Positions 51,501 to 64,000 of a stretch of 64,000 bases of DNA are shown here, piece by piece. This DNA is from the human T2T-CHM13v2.0 reference genome, Homo sapiens. The number at the start of each line of letters is the position of its first letter. The first letter of the stretch is position 1. The notes beneath the pieces were generated by a model that made no database searches, was not told the DNA's origin, and was given only the letters and a program-made list of their open reading frames with translations. Where the stretch lies: the NCBI RefSeq assembly GCF_009914755.1, contig NC_060934.1. One strand, given 5' to 3'. The translations under genes and the position numbers were made by a program.

Positions 51501-52515
51501 AATGACAAGGTATTCATAATACATATGTCCCAAAAAGACCCATATTCAGCATTTTTAGTTTTAAAAATTATCCTGTAAATCAAAAAGAAAAAGTCCAACA
51601 ACCCAATTGAAAAAGTAAAGTGGGAGAAAGTTCTGAACAAGCCTTTTACAAAACAGGATATCCAAATGGCTGGTAAGAATGTGAAAAATGCTCAACATCT
51701 TCAGTCATCAGGGAAATGGAAATTAAAACCACAGTGAGACTCACTCCTGCCTTTGGAATAGCTGAAATTAAAAAGACTACCAACACTAAGTGTTGTTGAG
51801 AATGTAGAGTATCTGAAACTTTCATACAGTTCAGGTGGGAAAAAATTCCTGCAATCATTTTGGGATAATGTTTGCCAGCATCTTCTAAGACTAAACATAC
51901 ATCTACTTTATAATCCTGCAATCCCATTTCTAGGTATATACCCTAGATAAGTGGGTGCATATGCCCACCAAAAGACAAGAACAAGAATAAAACAATAAGA
52001 GCTTTATTCATCATAGCCAAAAATTAGAAATAACCCAAATTTCCATTAACAAAAGAATAAATAAATGACCGTATATTCTTACAAAGGAATTCTACATGTC
52101 TACGTGGTAACAAATGAGAATCAACCCCTAACAGACACAACAACATGGGAAAATGTCAAAGACATTATGTTGCATGACAGAAGCCAGACATCTCCTGTGG
52201 ATCTCATGTTGTGTCTCAGAAAAAGCGTTCAAGGTTTTCCTGACCATTTTTCTTTTTTTTTTTTAACTGACCCATAATTTTGATGGCTCATAGTGAGCTT
52301 GAATACAACTCACATTCCTAAGTCTCTTTTTCCCCCGGTACAGCTAGGACTCATTGTTCTCATTCCATCCTTTGGCACATTTTTTAATCTAATGTTATTT
52401 TTACTTGTTTACTGAAAAATGAAACAACCCTAATGGAAATCAAAGGCAATTGGGAAGAGCGTAATTTCCCACAGGCCAGCCATCCCATGAATCGTCAGAT
52501 TCCAGGGCCTTAGTC

Positions 52516-52592
52516 ATGTATATATTTATATAACTATATTAAATATATGTATATATTTATATAAATATATTAAATATATTTATATATTTAAT
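52516..52592. repeat. AT-rich 31-bp tandem duplication with palindromes
   Basis: atgtatatatttatataa[c/a]tatattaaatat occurs twice; perfect 20-bp palindrome at 52551-52570. Confidence 0.85.
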
Positions 52593-52619
52593 TTTTATGT
52601 ACTTTTAATCACTACATAG

Positions 52620-53900
52620 GTATAATTCTGCTATTTCAATACTCATGATCATATCAGAAATACTTTCTCAGTGCCTTTGCAATCATCATGTTTATTGGCT
52701 ACACAATAGTCTATTGCGTGGCTATTCCATAATGTACTTAGCTATTCCCTACACTGAACATTTAGGTTGTTTCCAATTGTTCAGTATGGAAGATAGCACT
52801 ACAATACAATCCTTATATATTTATGTATTTCTCACTTAAATTACAAGGTTAGGATAAATTTTAACAAGTGAGATTATTGGGTCAAACAAATGAACACATT
52901 GATGATTCTAGGTATGTTTTACAAATGGTTTTTCCCATTGACACAGCAACCAGCAATGTATAAAGTCACCAGTTTTATCACAACCTTGATAGCATTACTA
53001 CTTTTAATCATCTATAATAGATATAATAGATATAAGATGATTGCATGGATTTCATTTTATTTTGAAATTCACTGGTTATTCCTGAAGATGTTCATTTTGC
53101 TATGTTTGTTTTGAAGTCTTGGTATTTAACATAGGGCCAGGCACAGAGCAAGGTGGCACCACGTGACTTTTCAGGTGAACTGAACCTTATTCATTCCGAT
53201 GTCACTTGTTCATTCATACCTTTTGTCCAGTGTTAACCAGGTTTGAATTTGCCTATTAATTTGAATGAGGCAAGGTAAATATTCCCATTTTGTATATTTG
53301 TAACAAATAATTTTCCCTTCACTTTTTTTTCTTTATTTTTTGTCTTTATAAAGAAGTTTTTACTTTTTGTACATTGGATCTATTTACTTTTTAAATATTT
53401 TTACCACTTTAAAATTTAGAGTGTTACCTGAAAAATCATGTAGCCTACTTTTTGCTATTTGTAGTTATTTTTTTCCAAATAACTAATACATTCTTCCAAC
53501 ATCCTTCATTACAAATCCTTCTTTTCTCCATGGTATTTGATTCCTCCTTTATCTTCTCTTATTTTATGTATAAGGAACTCTTTCAGATTTGTCTTTCGTT
53601 GCTGGAAGTCTCTGTTTGTACCAGTGTTTCTCAGATTTAATTAACATGGGCTTCTATGTTCTAAAATCTGTTAATACTGGCCCCCTTCATTATTTGCTAT
53701 TTTCTAACTATTTCTATATAAAGTAGCTTTTCCTTTCCAGTTTTATTTTCTAATCATTTTGTAAAAATCTAATAAGACACTGAATGGAAATTTTGATGAG
53801 GATTAGGCTACAATTATAAATTGAGAATAGACTTTTTAAGTATTTAACCAAAAGACTACAGCAGGGAATATATTAAGTCTCCTTGATTATTCATCTCTTA
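52620..53900 (-). mobile_element. Old L1ME-type fragments
   Basis: gaacatttaggttgtttccaattg...aagtgagattattgggtcaaa. Confidence 0.55.
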
Positions 53901-53914
53901 TTTCTTTCAATGAA

Positions 53915-54540
53915 ATATGGTAAAGAGCCAAAGAGCATGGGTTCTGAAGTCAGATTATGTGGATTTGAATCCCAGCCCAGCTACAAACTGGCAACATATA
54001 TTAGTCATGCTGCTAAGTGGCAAACAACCACAAAATCTCATTATCACCCAATATAAGAGTGTATGTCTCATATTCGCAGACTGGGGAGTCACCTGGATGG
54101 CCCAGCTCCACACGTCCCATTCTTGGGCTCAGTGTGAGGGCAGTGTATACCTGGGGCATATTCTCTTTATCAGAGTAGATGGGTAGGTGGACGCCTGCTT
54201 TCTACGGAAAGTCTATGCTCAGAACTTGCATGCTCACTTTTGCCAGCATGCCATTGGCCAAAGCAAGCTCATGACCAGATCCAGTATCAATTGTGCACAT
54301 AAATAAATTCATCAGTCAATATTTAGGAAAGAAATACCGAGGGAAAGTCACACAAAGCCCAAGCCTCAAGTTTTTTGTTTGTTTTGTTTTGTTTTGTTTT
54401 GTTTTTTGTAAAACAGAGATTATCACCTGCCTCTCTCAGGGGGCTGTGTGAGGACTAAATGGGATAATGTCTGAAAACCACTTGGCATTATGCCTGATAA
54501 GTAGCAAGAACACAAGAAATGTCAGGTACTATTATTGTTT
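53915..54540 (+). mobile_element. MIR interrupted by an old MLT1-like LTR (~53997-54310) and (GTTTT)n
   Basis: gagcatgggttctgaagtcaga...gaatcccagccc; then gtgaggactaaatgggataatg; LTR-like catgccattggccaaagcaag. Confidence 0.6.
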
Positions 54541-54549
54541 TTAATTATA

Positions 54550-55330
54550 GACCAAATGCTGCCATTGACCTTTTGAATCTAAGTGGAAGACTTTCAATTT
54601 TTCCACATCAGATTTTATCTTGTTATCTCTGACACACTGCACCAGTCATTGGAGATATTTGGGATCCTCATCTGTCAAGCAAATAAATATGAGAGCACTA
54701 TGCTAAATATGCTCCCCTATATTACCTGGCAGGTTGTGCAGCACTAATGAAATAGTGACCCTCTTGACTTTCTGCAACCAGTCAGTGCTCCACCACTTTT
54801 CATGGATGATGGACATGTTGAACGCTACCTAATGCTTCCCAAGTAGCTGGGACCACAGGCATGCACCACTATGCCTGGCTAATTTTTTATTTTTGCAGTG
54901 ACAGGGTCTCACTATGTTGCCCAGGCTGTTCTCAAACTCCTGGCCCCAAGCCATCCTCCCACCTTGGACTCCCAAAGTGTTGGGATTATAGGTGTGGGCC
55001 ATGAGCATGGCCTAAAGCCTTCCTTTGATTGACTTTGATCAGTGAATCAATAACTTCTAGGTACATGTGTTTAAAGTTACACATCAACCTAATTGCCCTG
55101 CTTAAAATTCTGTGTTTCTCCATGTTCTCTACAAGGGTTTCATCCAGAGCCTCATACAAATCTAAATATGCCACCTTAGACATTCCCATTCTCATCATTT
55201 GCCCAAATGAATTTGTCCAAAATCTCTACATGTGGCTCTGTTAGTCTATCCAAACGTTCTCTGTCTCCATTAGGGACATTCATAATTACTTCCCCACATT
55301 CAGTTTCTAATCTGCACAACCCGAAAAGCC
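54550..55330 (-). mobile_element. L3/CR1 LINE reverse-transcriptase fragment
   Basis: Minus ORF 54986-55198 VAYLDLYEALDETLVENMEK...AIRL resembles CR1 RT VYLDFSKAFD...LVDKMEK..VRW. Confidence 0.65.
54835..55012 (-). mobile_element. AluJ fragment lacking the distal right arm and tail
   Basis: Left arm, linker and part of the right arm only. Confidence 0.85.
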
Positions 55331-57159
55331 ATCTTCCCTTATTTTGACAAAAACACTGAGATTTCTCGGGACTTTTTGAAATCCTCCTTGCTGAGGTGCA
55401 GGGTGGACAGGGCTTGCGCAGCCTTTCCTGGCTGACTGTGGGGAACTGAAGGGCCATCAGTCGGGCCAGCCTGTCACGAGGCTACTCTTACTTCCACTTC
55501 ACCAAGTGGCTCCTCCAGGCCATCCACATTTAGGGCCAAGAGGGCGATTGTCCTAATTGGATCCTCTACCATACGGGAAACAAAATAAAATAAAAAAGCT
55601 ATAAGATGCTTGATGAGATCTAGTGGATGGCTCATCTGTGGTTGGGATCAACTGGAGTTTGCAAACAAGAAAAGCTGAATGGCCTCCCTGCGGAAAATGA
55701 GCAGTGTCCAGTCTATAGTAAGCTACCCCAGAACCCAAACTTTTGGAGACTGACTCTTTTTGGTCCAGGCCTATGGTCAAGGGGTCTCCAAGTTGCCCTC
55801 TTTCAACTCAGCTCCAGGAGGCAAGGACTGCCCAGCAGATGATCAAGAAAATCGACCCTCAAGGTCAAGCTCTCTCTCTCAGAGGCCACCTTTCCCAAAA
55901 ACTTAATTCATGCACCCAAAAAGGACAATAGTGGTTTCTTTCCTATAAAATATATTTCATCTACATGAAAAATATTAACATATTTATGTGGTTTTTCCTT
56001 ATTATTCTTCCAAAATCTGTCATTTAGAACTAGCGTGCCATCTGTGAGAACACCAGGAAGCCCCAGGAGAGCTCACCTATGGCTCAGGCACCCTCTGCCT
56101 CTGTTCACCTTACCAGCTCATCACGGGGTGGGCAAGTGTTGTCTAATAGATGCCAACACTTCCGTGATGTGTGCCTTGTCTTTCTTACGATCTGAACATC
56201 TTTGTACTATTCTCTTCTCTTTTTTCCCCTTAATTAATAAGAAGCATTTATTTTCTCTAATTTGATTATTGTTTTTTTTGTTCTGTTTTCAAATAACAAC
56301 AAAATGACCAGAGATCAAACTGTGATCATTTCCTGTAGCAATTAATCTATCTGCAAGGCTGTGTTCTGCTGAGCACTTTGATCCGAGTTAATCACAACTC
56401 TGGATGGTGCTCCATCAATACATCCCAATTACTAGCATGACCTCAAGTCAAGTGATTTTAAGGCACTGCCCCCAGGGAGTGGGGATGCCTCCAGACTGAG
56501 TGAAGGCAGGCTGAGCTCCTGCTCACCAGACCCATGTCTGGCTCTCTCCAGAGGATGGCACCTCCTTCAAGTGAGTAGAAGGAAGGCTACAGATTCTAGC
56601 TTCTGCAAGAACTCACCTATGGGGCAAGCCACTGCTTCCTTGTCTTAGAAAACCTGACCTACCCATCTAGCTCCCCGGCCCCTTGCCCCCGTGGCATCCA
56701 CCTGTGCGTGCACCTCCAGGAGGGTCCCTCACATTCCAGGATGATATGCAGGAGACGTAGCCCTCGTCCAGTTCCCCAGTGTCCCTGCAGCAACCTGAGG
56801 AGAAGCAGCTGCTGCTCTTGGCTGCAGACCTGAACAGGCTTACCTGTTTCCCTCTGTGTATGCTCTTTGCAAAATTCTGCCTTCAGGACTGACAGTCTTC
56901 AAAGGCCCCACAGGACAGGCTAAGACAGGAGTGCTGTGTTTCTAAGGCCTCAGGAAAATATATCACATGGGTGCAGGTTTACTCCAACCATAATGGGAAC
57001 TTGTCTGCAACTACCAGAGATGGTTTTTCTTCTCCTGCTCCAAATGGAAGGCAGTTAGGAAGGACTAAGCACTGGCCTGTGGGTTCCAGCACAGTCTTCT
57101 ACCTCTGACAAGGCCCAGCTTCACGGGAGAGGTGAAGCCCATGAAACCTGTGTAGGAGC

Positions 57160-57340
57160 CAGGGCTGCTTAAATCCTGGGACATACTCTCCTGATGCATT
57201 TGATTTGGAGTTCAGCCCCCTCTGCTATAAATGTGATTAGTGTCTACCTTATAGGGTTGATGCAAAGTCTGAAGAAGACTAGAGTTCCAAAAACGCTTAG
57301 AAAAGTGGCTGGCATGTAGTAGATGCTCAATAAAGCTTTC
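57160..57340 (+). mobile_element. MIR SINE
   Basis: tctaccttatagggttgatg...acgcttagaaaagtggctggcatgtagtagatgctcaataaa. Confidence 0.7.
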
Positions 57341-58949
57341 CTTCCATCCTAAAGCCTATTGTGGCCAAAGTGTAAATGCTGGAGGTAGCACAGAATCTGT
57401 CCCAGGCAGGTAATACAGTGGTGAGAAGTGAGGGGAACAGGTAGGAATGAGCCCATGAGGAGAGATGAGACTTGCCTGACTCAAGGGTGCAGACCCCACC
57501 TAAAGGGACTCTGATGTTGTAGAAAATACCATGCCAGCCACACAAATACACCTCTGATCTGAATTCAGCCCATGGGCAGTGAGCTTGAACTCTGGAGAAG
57601 AAAAAAATATGAAAAACAAGGGCATATTCATAGCTATGAAACATTTCTAGCAACATAAAGTGAGCAATCAACCCCCTAGGCTTAGATTAGAGCAAGGCTC
57701 CATGCACACCTGCAGAGCCTGGGAGTGCTCCCTTGCACTCACACTCAAGGCTGTCCCTCTCCAGACACAACGCAGTGGGCTGGTCTTCCTTACTGCCCTG
57801 GATTAGATCACAAGTCCCTATTTCACATCCAGAAATACCCAGCCAGTCCTTACGTGGCAGTCACTAGCCAGTTGAAGACCTCCCCCCCGACCCAGTGAAA
57901 ATGAAATCCTAAGCTGCTGTTTAAGCACAATGCCAAGCCCAACACTAATCATGCCCTGATGGAACATGCTTAGGAGCCTGGCAGAGGTCTGGTCTATCTA
58001 GTGCCCTGAATGATGGACATGATGGCAGCTGTGATCACAGACGCCACTCCAGGGCCCACATGAGAGTGCCGAGGTCAATTGGGCCAGAGGGCCAAAAGAG
58101 CCTGAGAATGTATCCAGCTCTCTGAAAACATACTACTAACTTTCCAGGGATCCTCACATACCTGGGTTATCCTTATAGTTCTTGCTTAAGTTCATGCAAA
58201 GCCATCAACAAGTGGTCCCGCAGTGGACATTTTTCCAGTCCATGCAGCGTCTTCCCTACCTAACCTGTGATTTTTTTAAATCCCCCAAAGCCACATCCTT
58301 GGGGTTCAGGGTCAACACCATGCAGATGCCAAGGCTATTCCATTCACCTCTGACTATCTACCAGGCCAAAGGACCTAAAGCAGCCAGATGATATGTTGCC
58401 CAAGCCGAAAAACATATTGCATTTACTTAGAAGCATTTTCTCCAAAGGGACTGGGTAGCTTACCACAAAGAACATATTTAATCAACTGGTACAACATAAA
58501 TAAGGCATAATAAATTAGAGCCAGGGAAAAGTGAATACATTTGTACAAACCTAAGCATTAATGGACTTGACCTTCCCAGCAGTAAGAGCAAAAAGGGAAA
58601 CACATTGTTACACTGATCACATTACCAGGAAGGAGGAAGCAGACATTCCCTAAATTCTGAAAGAGATTCCTCCAAATTGTGTAATGGACAATTACTTTAA
58701 CAGAAAAAAAAAAAGCTAACACTTCTTGAATGTCTACTACATGCTAGAAACACTGTGAGACATTTGCCATACAGGGTCCTCCCTGCCTGCATGAGCTCTT
58801 ATTCAAATTAGAAGAAAATGCCCCAGTGGGGAAGGCCTGCTGAGCAGCAAGCAGTGTGCTGATGAAGTCCAGACTCACCTCCCAGCCATCCAGGTGCAGG
58901 ATGCAACCTGCTCAGCTGCATGTGGCAACCCTGTTTACTCACATCCTCC

Positions 58950-59085
58950 TGGAACGCTTACAGTAACCCTCCAGAGACAATGGTTCCATTTTATATACAG
59001 AGAAATTGGGGCTCAGAAAGCATAAGTGTCTTGCCCAGTTCACAAAACCAGTAAGTGACAGCCCCATTCTCTGACTCTGCATGAC
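58950..59085 (-). mobile_element. MIR SINE fragment
   Basis: ccattttatatacagagaaattggggctcagaaag...cttgcccagttcaca. Confidence 0.7.
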
Positions 59086-59425
59086 TTGTTTCTTCTTGTA
59101 GGACCCTTGACAAGAGCTGAACTTTGTGTGTATGTGGTGGGGTGGGGGGCTCTAAAAGGGGCCTGTGAGCATAATAAAGGCCAAGGACATAGCTTTCTGG
59201 AGGTCTGGCTGCACATAGCTGAGGACCAAGGTTGTGAGTGCACAGAGGAAAGCCCTGCGTGAAACCTGTGTCCTCCAGCCCCCCTCCCATGGCCTCCAGT
59301 GCCCATCAGCATCATCTGGAGAGGTCTGACCACCACCTACCCTGTATCTGTGCATCTCCACCAGTGGGACCCAAGAGTGGTGAGGTCTTGGAGGTCCCCA
59401 AGTTTTCTATATAAAGAGATGAGGG

Positions 59426-59841
59426 TGTGTTCATTTGCTAGGGCTGCCATAATAAAATATCACAGACCAGGTAGCTAGATCAAACAACACAAATGTATTA
59501 TCTCCCAGTTCTGGAGGATGGAAATCTGAGATTAAGGTGTCAGCAGGGCTGGTTCCCCTGAGGACCAGGAAGGAGGGATCGCTTCCAAGCCCCCCTTCCT
59601 GGCTTGTAGATAGCCATTTCTCTCTGTATCTTCACATCATCTTCCCTCTGTGTATGTCCTGAATACAAATGTCTCCTTTTCATAAGGAAATAGTCATATT
59701 GGATTAGGGTCCACCCTTATAACATCATTTTAATTTGATCATCTGCAAAGACCCTGTCTCCAAATAAGATCACATGCTGTGGTACTGGGGTTAGGATTCC
59801 AGCTTATCTTTTTGGGATGGGACATAACTCAGTCCATAACA
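59426..59841 (-). mobile_element. MLT1A/B-like LTR
   Basis: tttgctagggctgccataataaaatatcacaga...cagttctggagg...tattggattagggtccaccct...tcagtccataaca. Confidence 0.9.
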
Positions 59842-59969
59842 GAAGGCTGCAGCACTGCTGTCCTTGGTGGAGGCAGACACTGGTCCACAGGGCTCAGGAA
59901 GAGGCCAGGAGGACAGGCAAAGAATGGGTCTATCCAGTGGCCTACTCCAAGTTACCTTCATCTGTTGCC

Positions 59970-60432
59970 AAAACAATTTCAGTAGCCTCCTAGCTGATCT
60001 TCACTCATGCACAATGGTTACCTTCTATCCAGGCTCCACACAGCAGCCAGAATGAACTTTTCAACCAAAACACAAATTTGATAAAAGCAGTCACTGCTTA
60101 GAAGCCTTCAATGACGGTTCATTAGTCTCAGGGGAGAGAGCAAAGCCATTCCATCCTCATTACCTTCCAAATATTGGATTGGTTCCTGGAACGCTCTCCC
60201 CTTCCTCCTTCCCCACCTGGGACTTACCTAGACCTGATAACAATGAATTTCTCTTACCCGTCAGACCCCAGCTGGATGGGCTTCTCCCCAGGGTGGGATT
60301 CCCCCATGCCCATCTCCTGTGCCACCCACAGCCCCTGTTGGATAGTGTCAGGGCTGTTTTGCTCACCTCTGGGCCCCTACTCCTAGGACAGTGCCTGGCA
60401 TACGGCCAGTGCTCAGTGTTTGTTAAGTGAAG
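59970..60432 (+). mobile_element. L2 fragments
   Basis: ctccacacagcagccagaatgaac...cctaggacagtgcctggcatacgg...tgctcagtgtttgttaagtgaa. Confidence 0.55.
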
Positions 60433-61784
60433 AAACAGTGGGACTGTGATGCCTTATCCTGCAGTAGGAGTTTTAGATACAAGGAAACTTATGTTTCCAT
60501 ATAATAGATGAGAAACTGTCTGTCTACAGAAATGACTTGTCCAAGGTTGCACAGCTAATGCCATTTGATTCCTGATGCTGAGCTCTCAACCGCAAATTTC
60601 TGGTTCCCCAAGCTGGGGCTGGGACAGATCCAAGTCCTCCTTCTGCAGCATCTCCGGATGTTTCCTGGCCAGCAGACAAACCTCCCTGCTCCTTCTTCCC
60701 TATGGAAAACACACTCGTGTTCCCATATGAGGCCCTGGGGTGAAGGGTTGGTAAGAGAGTAATAAAGAAAACAGCAAAGAGTGCTGGCTGTCCCCAAGTG
60801 GGGTCAGAAACAGGGATGTGTCTCCTACATGCATTGTAATGAATTGAGGCCCAAACTTGGAGCCTCAAGATAACTCCTCAGACCCTGCATCTGCTTCTTA
60901 ATAGAAACAGGAACTTATGAGAGTCACATGGCTTCTCTGTGCCCTGCTTTCCTCCTCTGTAATACATGAGAACAATGAAGCCCATTTCACAGTGAGGATT
61001 TGGGAAATTATGAATACATAAATGTCTAGATTGATGCTGGTCACTGTGGGCACCCAGGAAGTGACAGCTATCTCTTGCCTTCCTCCCAGGTGAGCCGTAG
61101 CTTGGACAGCCTCAGCGTGGAGGGGCCACTAGCTCCCAATGAAGCCATAGGACAAGGTTGCATGTGGGGATTCACCTTGGTAGCTCACAGCCCGACAGAG
61201 GCCCATGAGCACAGAGAGTTGGGAACTGACCAACAGGCTCCAGGCTCTGACCCAGGCCCTGGAAGAAATGCACCACCAGCAGCCAACAGCAATGAATATG
61301 CCCCTCCTGCCATAGCAGGTCTAACCCACACCTCTTCAGGCACAAGCTTTCAGTCTGACACACAAGCTGCCAGGACAAGACCTGTTTGGTTTTGCTCTAT
61401 TTTATGCCTTGAAATATGCAGGCAAAGGACACGAACTGCAGTCACTCCAGGGAAAAGCCTTCGCAGATCATCAGCCTTTGTAGAAGGGAATCTGGAAGCA
61501 GCTGGCTGCCAGGGATGCTAACTTCACAAGGGCTACAATGCCTACTTGGCTTTTGATGGGAGCCCAGCAGCCACTAGGAACCTTGGCAAAGGACTTAATG
61601 TCGGCCTCCTTCAAATGTACATCAATGTTCATCCAAGCTCTGCCTTCTTGCCCCGGGCTCTCTGGCAGGCTGATGTCCTTACCCTCAGATGCACACATCT
61701 GAAAACTTTGTCTAAAGCTTCCCTTTCCTTCACCATTGCTCTCCGTCTTTCCCCACTCCCACTGCCCCTTTGATTCCTGTGTTA

Positions 61785-62620
61785 GTTCAGTGGGTCGTTC
61801 ATTCACTAGATGCTCCAGGCACCTACTATGTGTCGGATGCTGTTGCAGGCATGGAGAATAGAGCTGCAGCAAAACACACATAGCCTCTTTTGTTACAAAT
61901 GCCAACCACCCACTTAACATATGAAACAATGTCAAGTCATGACAAATACGATGAAGTCAGGCGGGAGAGGGACCAGGGAGAAGGAGGAGTGTGCTACTTC
62001 AGGCAGGGTGGTCAGGAAAGGCCTCTGTGATGAGGCAGCATTGTGCAGCAGCACCAAGAAGGCAAGGAAACCAGCCATGTGGGAATCTGGGCAAAGAGTG
62101 AGAGTGATCCAATGACAGGGAACAGCCAGTGCAAAGGCCCTGAGGTGAGCGCTTGTTTGGCATGTTTGATAACCAAAAATAAGGCTCCAGGTGAGTCTGG
62201 GGAATGAAGTTGGAGACCAGGACAGATGGAAAAATGGCCATTTAGTGAGGGCCTTGAAAGTGATGAAAAGGGCTCTTGCCACAAAAAAAAAAAAAAAATT
62301 GGGTAAACTATGTGAGATGATGAATGTGTTAATTTACTTGGCTATACAGTAGCCATTTCACTATTTGTATGTATAGCAAAACATCATGTTGTACACCTTA
62401 AATATATACTTTTATATTAAAAAAAAACTTTGGATTTTATTTTATGAAACAAAGGCCACTGGAAGCATTTTAAGCAACAGTGATCTGACTTATACTTAAG
62501 AGGATTAGACCAGGTGCTATATGGAAAATTGACTCAAGGGGTCAAGGGTGAAGTGCAACCATCCCGAGGACGCCTGTGGCCATTGTCCATCAGGTGAGAA
62601 CCAAGGGTGAATGGGGAGTA
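61785..62620 (-). mobile_element. L2 LINE fragment interrupted by L1 3' end
   Basis: cattcactagatgctccaggcacctactatgtg...ggtcaggaaaggcctctg...aacagccagtgcaaaggccctgagg. Confidence 0.8.
62270..62428 (+). mobile_element. L1MA/MB 3' end fragment
   Basis: aactatgtgagatgatgaatgtgttaatt...aaaacatcatgttgtacaccttaaatatatac plus an A tail. Confidence 0.8.
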
Positions 62621-62684
62621 TTGCGGGAGTATTGCAGGGGAGGAGGTGGGGAGGGGACCCATGGTGAGCCCAGCCCGTGGCAGC

Positions 62685-62850
62685 TCTGTGATGTGGGATA
62701 AGTTGGGACATCTCTGAGCCTCAGTGTCTTCCTCTATACAGTGAGAGCAATCCCAGTATCACATGGGTATCCAGTAGGAGCATAACAGATAATGTATGCA
62801 AAAAGCTGTGCACAGCACCTGACTCATATCAGGACCTCAGCAAAAGTGAC
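62685..62850 (+). mobile_element. MIR SINE
   Basis: ctctgagcctcagtgtcttcctctatac...gataatgtatgcaaaaagc. Confidence 0.65.
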
Positions 62851-64000
62851 TTTCTTTCCCCATCCGCTATCATCTCTATGTTTTGGGAAGAACTTTTTCC
62901 CTAAGTGGCTATTGTCACTGAAAAAGAAACTCCCTCAGCCCAAGTTTCTCAGCAAGGGCAACCCACAGGCAAAAACAGGAAAACTCAAGAACCTCTTAAA
63001 TCAAGACTGTAAAAACCTGCATAAAAAAGACAACCTGGCACTTTTATGGCTCCCTAAAAACACTTTAGAAACCTACATGGCATTTCCTCTCAAGACCCTC
63101 TATTGTTGATCCAATTAGCCAATTTGGGGCCCAGAAACACACAAATTTCTGGAAACTGGAGTGTGGAAAGCTGCCTGAGTGGAGAGCCAGCCATGGCCTG
63201 GACACAGGTCTCTGCCGGGGAAGCAGGTGGGCAGCCTGCTCCTGAGCCCACCCACCACCTTGTCTGAAGTGAGGATGACCGGACAGCCTCTGTTGAGTTC
63301 ATGAGTAAGGAAATGGAGTCTCTGTCACACGTGCTGGTTGGCCCTGGACCTGGTATAAGATGTAGTCCAACCAGAAAAGCTGGGGGAGCCACTCACAGAA
63401 GGCCCAGAGGGGAAGAAAGGAGTGAGGCACATGTGCAGATTTATCTGGTGAGATTATGCTACGTGTCCACTGCCCACTGCACGGGACCCCAGCCTTGAGC
63501 AGGCTCCACCCGGCCCTGTGGTAACTCCCCAGTTCACAGTGCTGCACAATCCCGGAAATTAGCCTAGTTAATTTTTGCAACTTCCCTTTAAGATGAACAG
63601 GGTGGAAATGATTATCACATCTTAAAGATGAGAGAACTGAAGTTCAGGCAGGGGATGTGGCCTGGAGACTTGAACAGAAGGGACTTCCTTCTGAGACCAC
63701 CCACAAGTCCCAGTTGCCCATCCTCTCCTGGGCCAGGGTGTCACATCCAGGGTTATCAGAGCTGAATGAGCCTCAGGCCCTGTGGATGGTGAGTAGGAAC
63801 TGGCCAGGCCAAGAAAGCTCCCATAGAGTCTCCAAGGCAGGCCCCAGATGCTCCTCAAGGCTGCACTCCATTGCTCAGGGGCTCTCCCTCCCCAAGCCCT
63901 GGTCAAGGGAGGGAGGACCAAGACTCACCATGGGGTCATGAGCTTGGGGGTTGCTAAAGAAAAGGCCCTTTCTTTTCAGGCTTCACCTCACAATATCATT

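Larger units (their letters stand above)
44000..52190 (+). mobile_element. Old, near full-length L1M (5' UTR, ORF1, ORF2 remnants) with nested younger insertions
   Basis: ORF2 start cagtaattacattaaatgtaaatgaattaaatactccaatc (ITLNVN.LN.PI) at ~48940; EN-domain ORF at 49410 (INQLDLTDIY...); RT remnants (gatgcagaaaaagcatttgacaaaattcaa; tttgcagatgac = FADD); many stops. The 3' part may be a separate older L1. Confidence 0.85.

Overview
This is primate (very probably human) non-coding genomic DNA, dense in interspersed repeats: Alu (FLAM, J, S, Y), L1 (PA and older M families), L2, L3/CR1, MIR, MaLR/ERVL LTRs (THE1, MST, MLT1, MLT2, LTR16) and DNA transposon relics (Tigger2a, MER8, MER20, MER5, Charlie). 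I found no intact protein-coding gene, RNA gene, CpG island or CRISPR array. The long ORFs are transposon remnants, low-complexity read-through or chance. The one recognisable gene relic is a very old, degraded HMGB1 processed pseudogene (~27.7-28.9 kb) split by an L1M-type insertion. The most unusual unexplained structure is an ~850 bp spacer-less inverted duplication (41447-42293) with non-repeat outer arms and mirror-image TTCC/GGAA inner arms. Smaller fold-back or template-switch signatures include a palindrome-seeded 27-bp VNTR, an L1 insertion with a fold-back 5' end and no poly(A), and a 31-bp local templated copy. Repeat subfamily names come from my recall of consensus sequences and should be confirmed with RepeatMasker/Dfam. 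Boundaries of old repeats are approximate. I cannot identify the locus or claim a new biological system from sequence alone.
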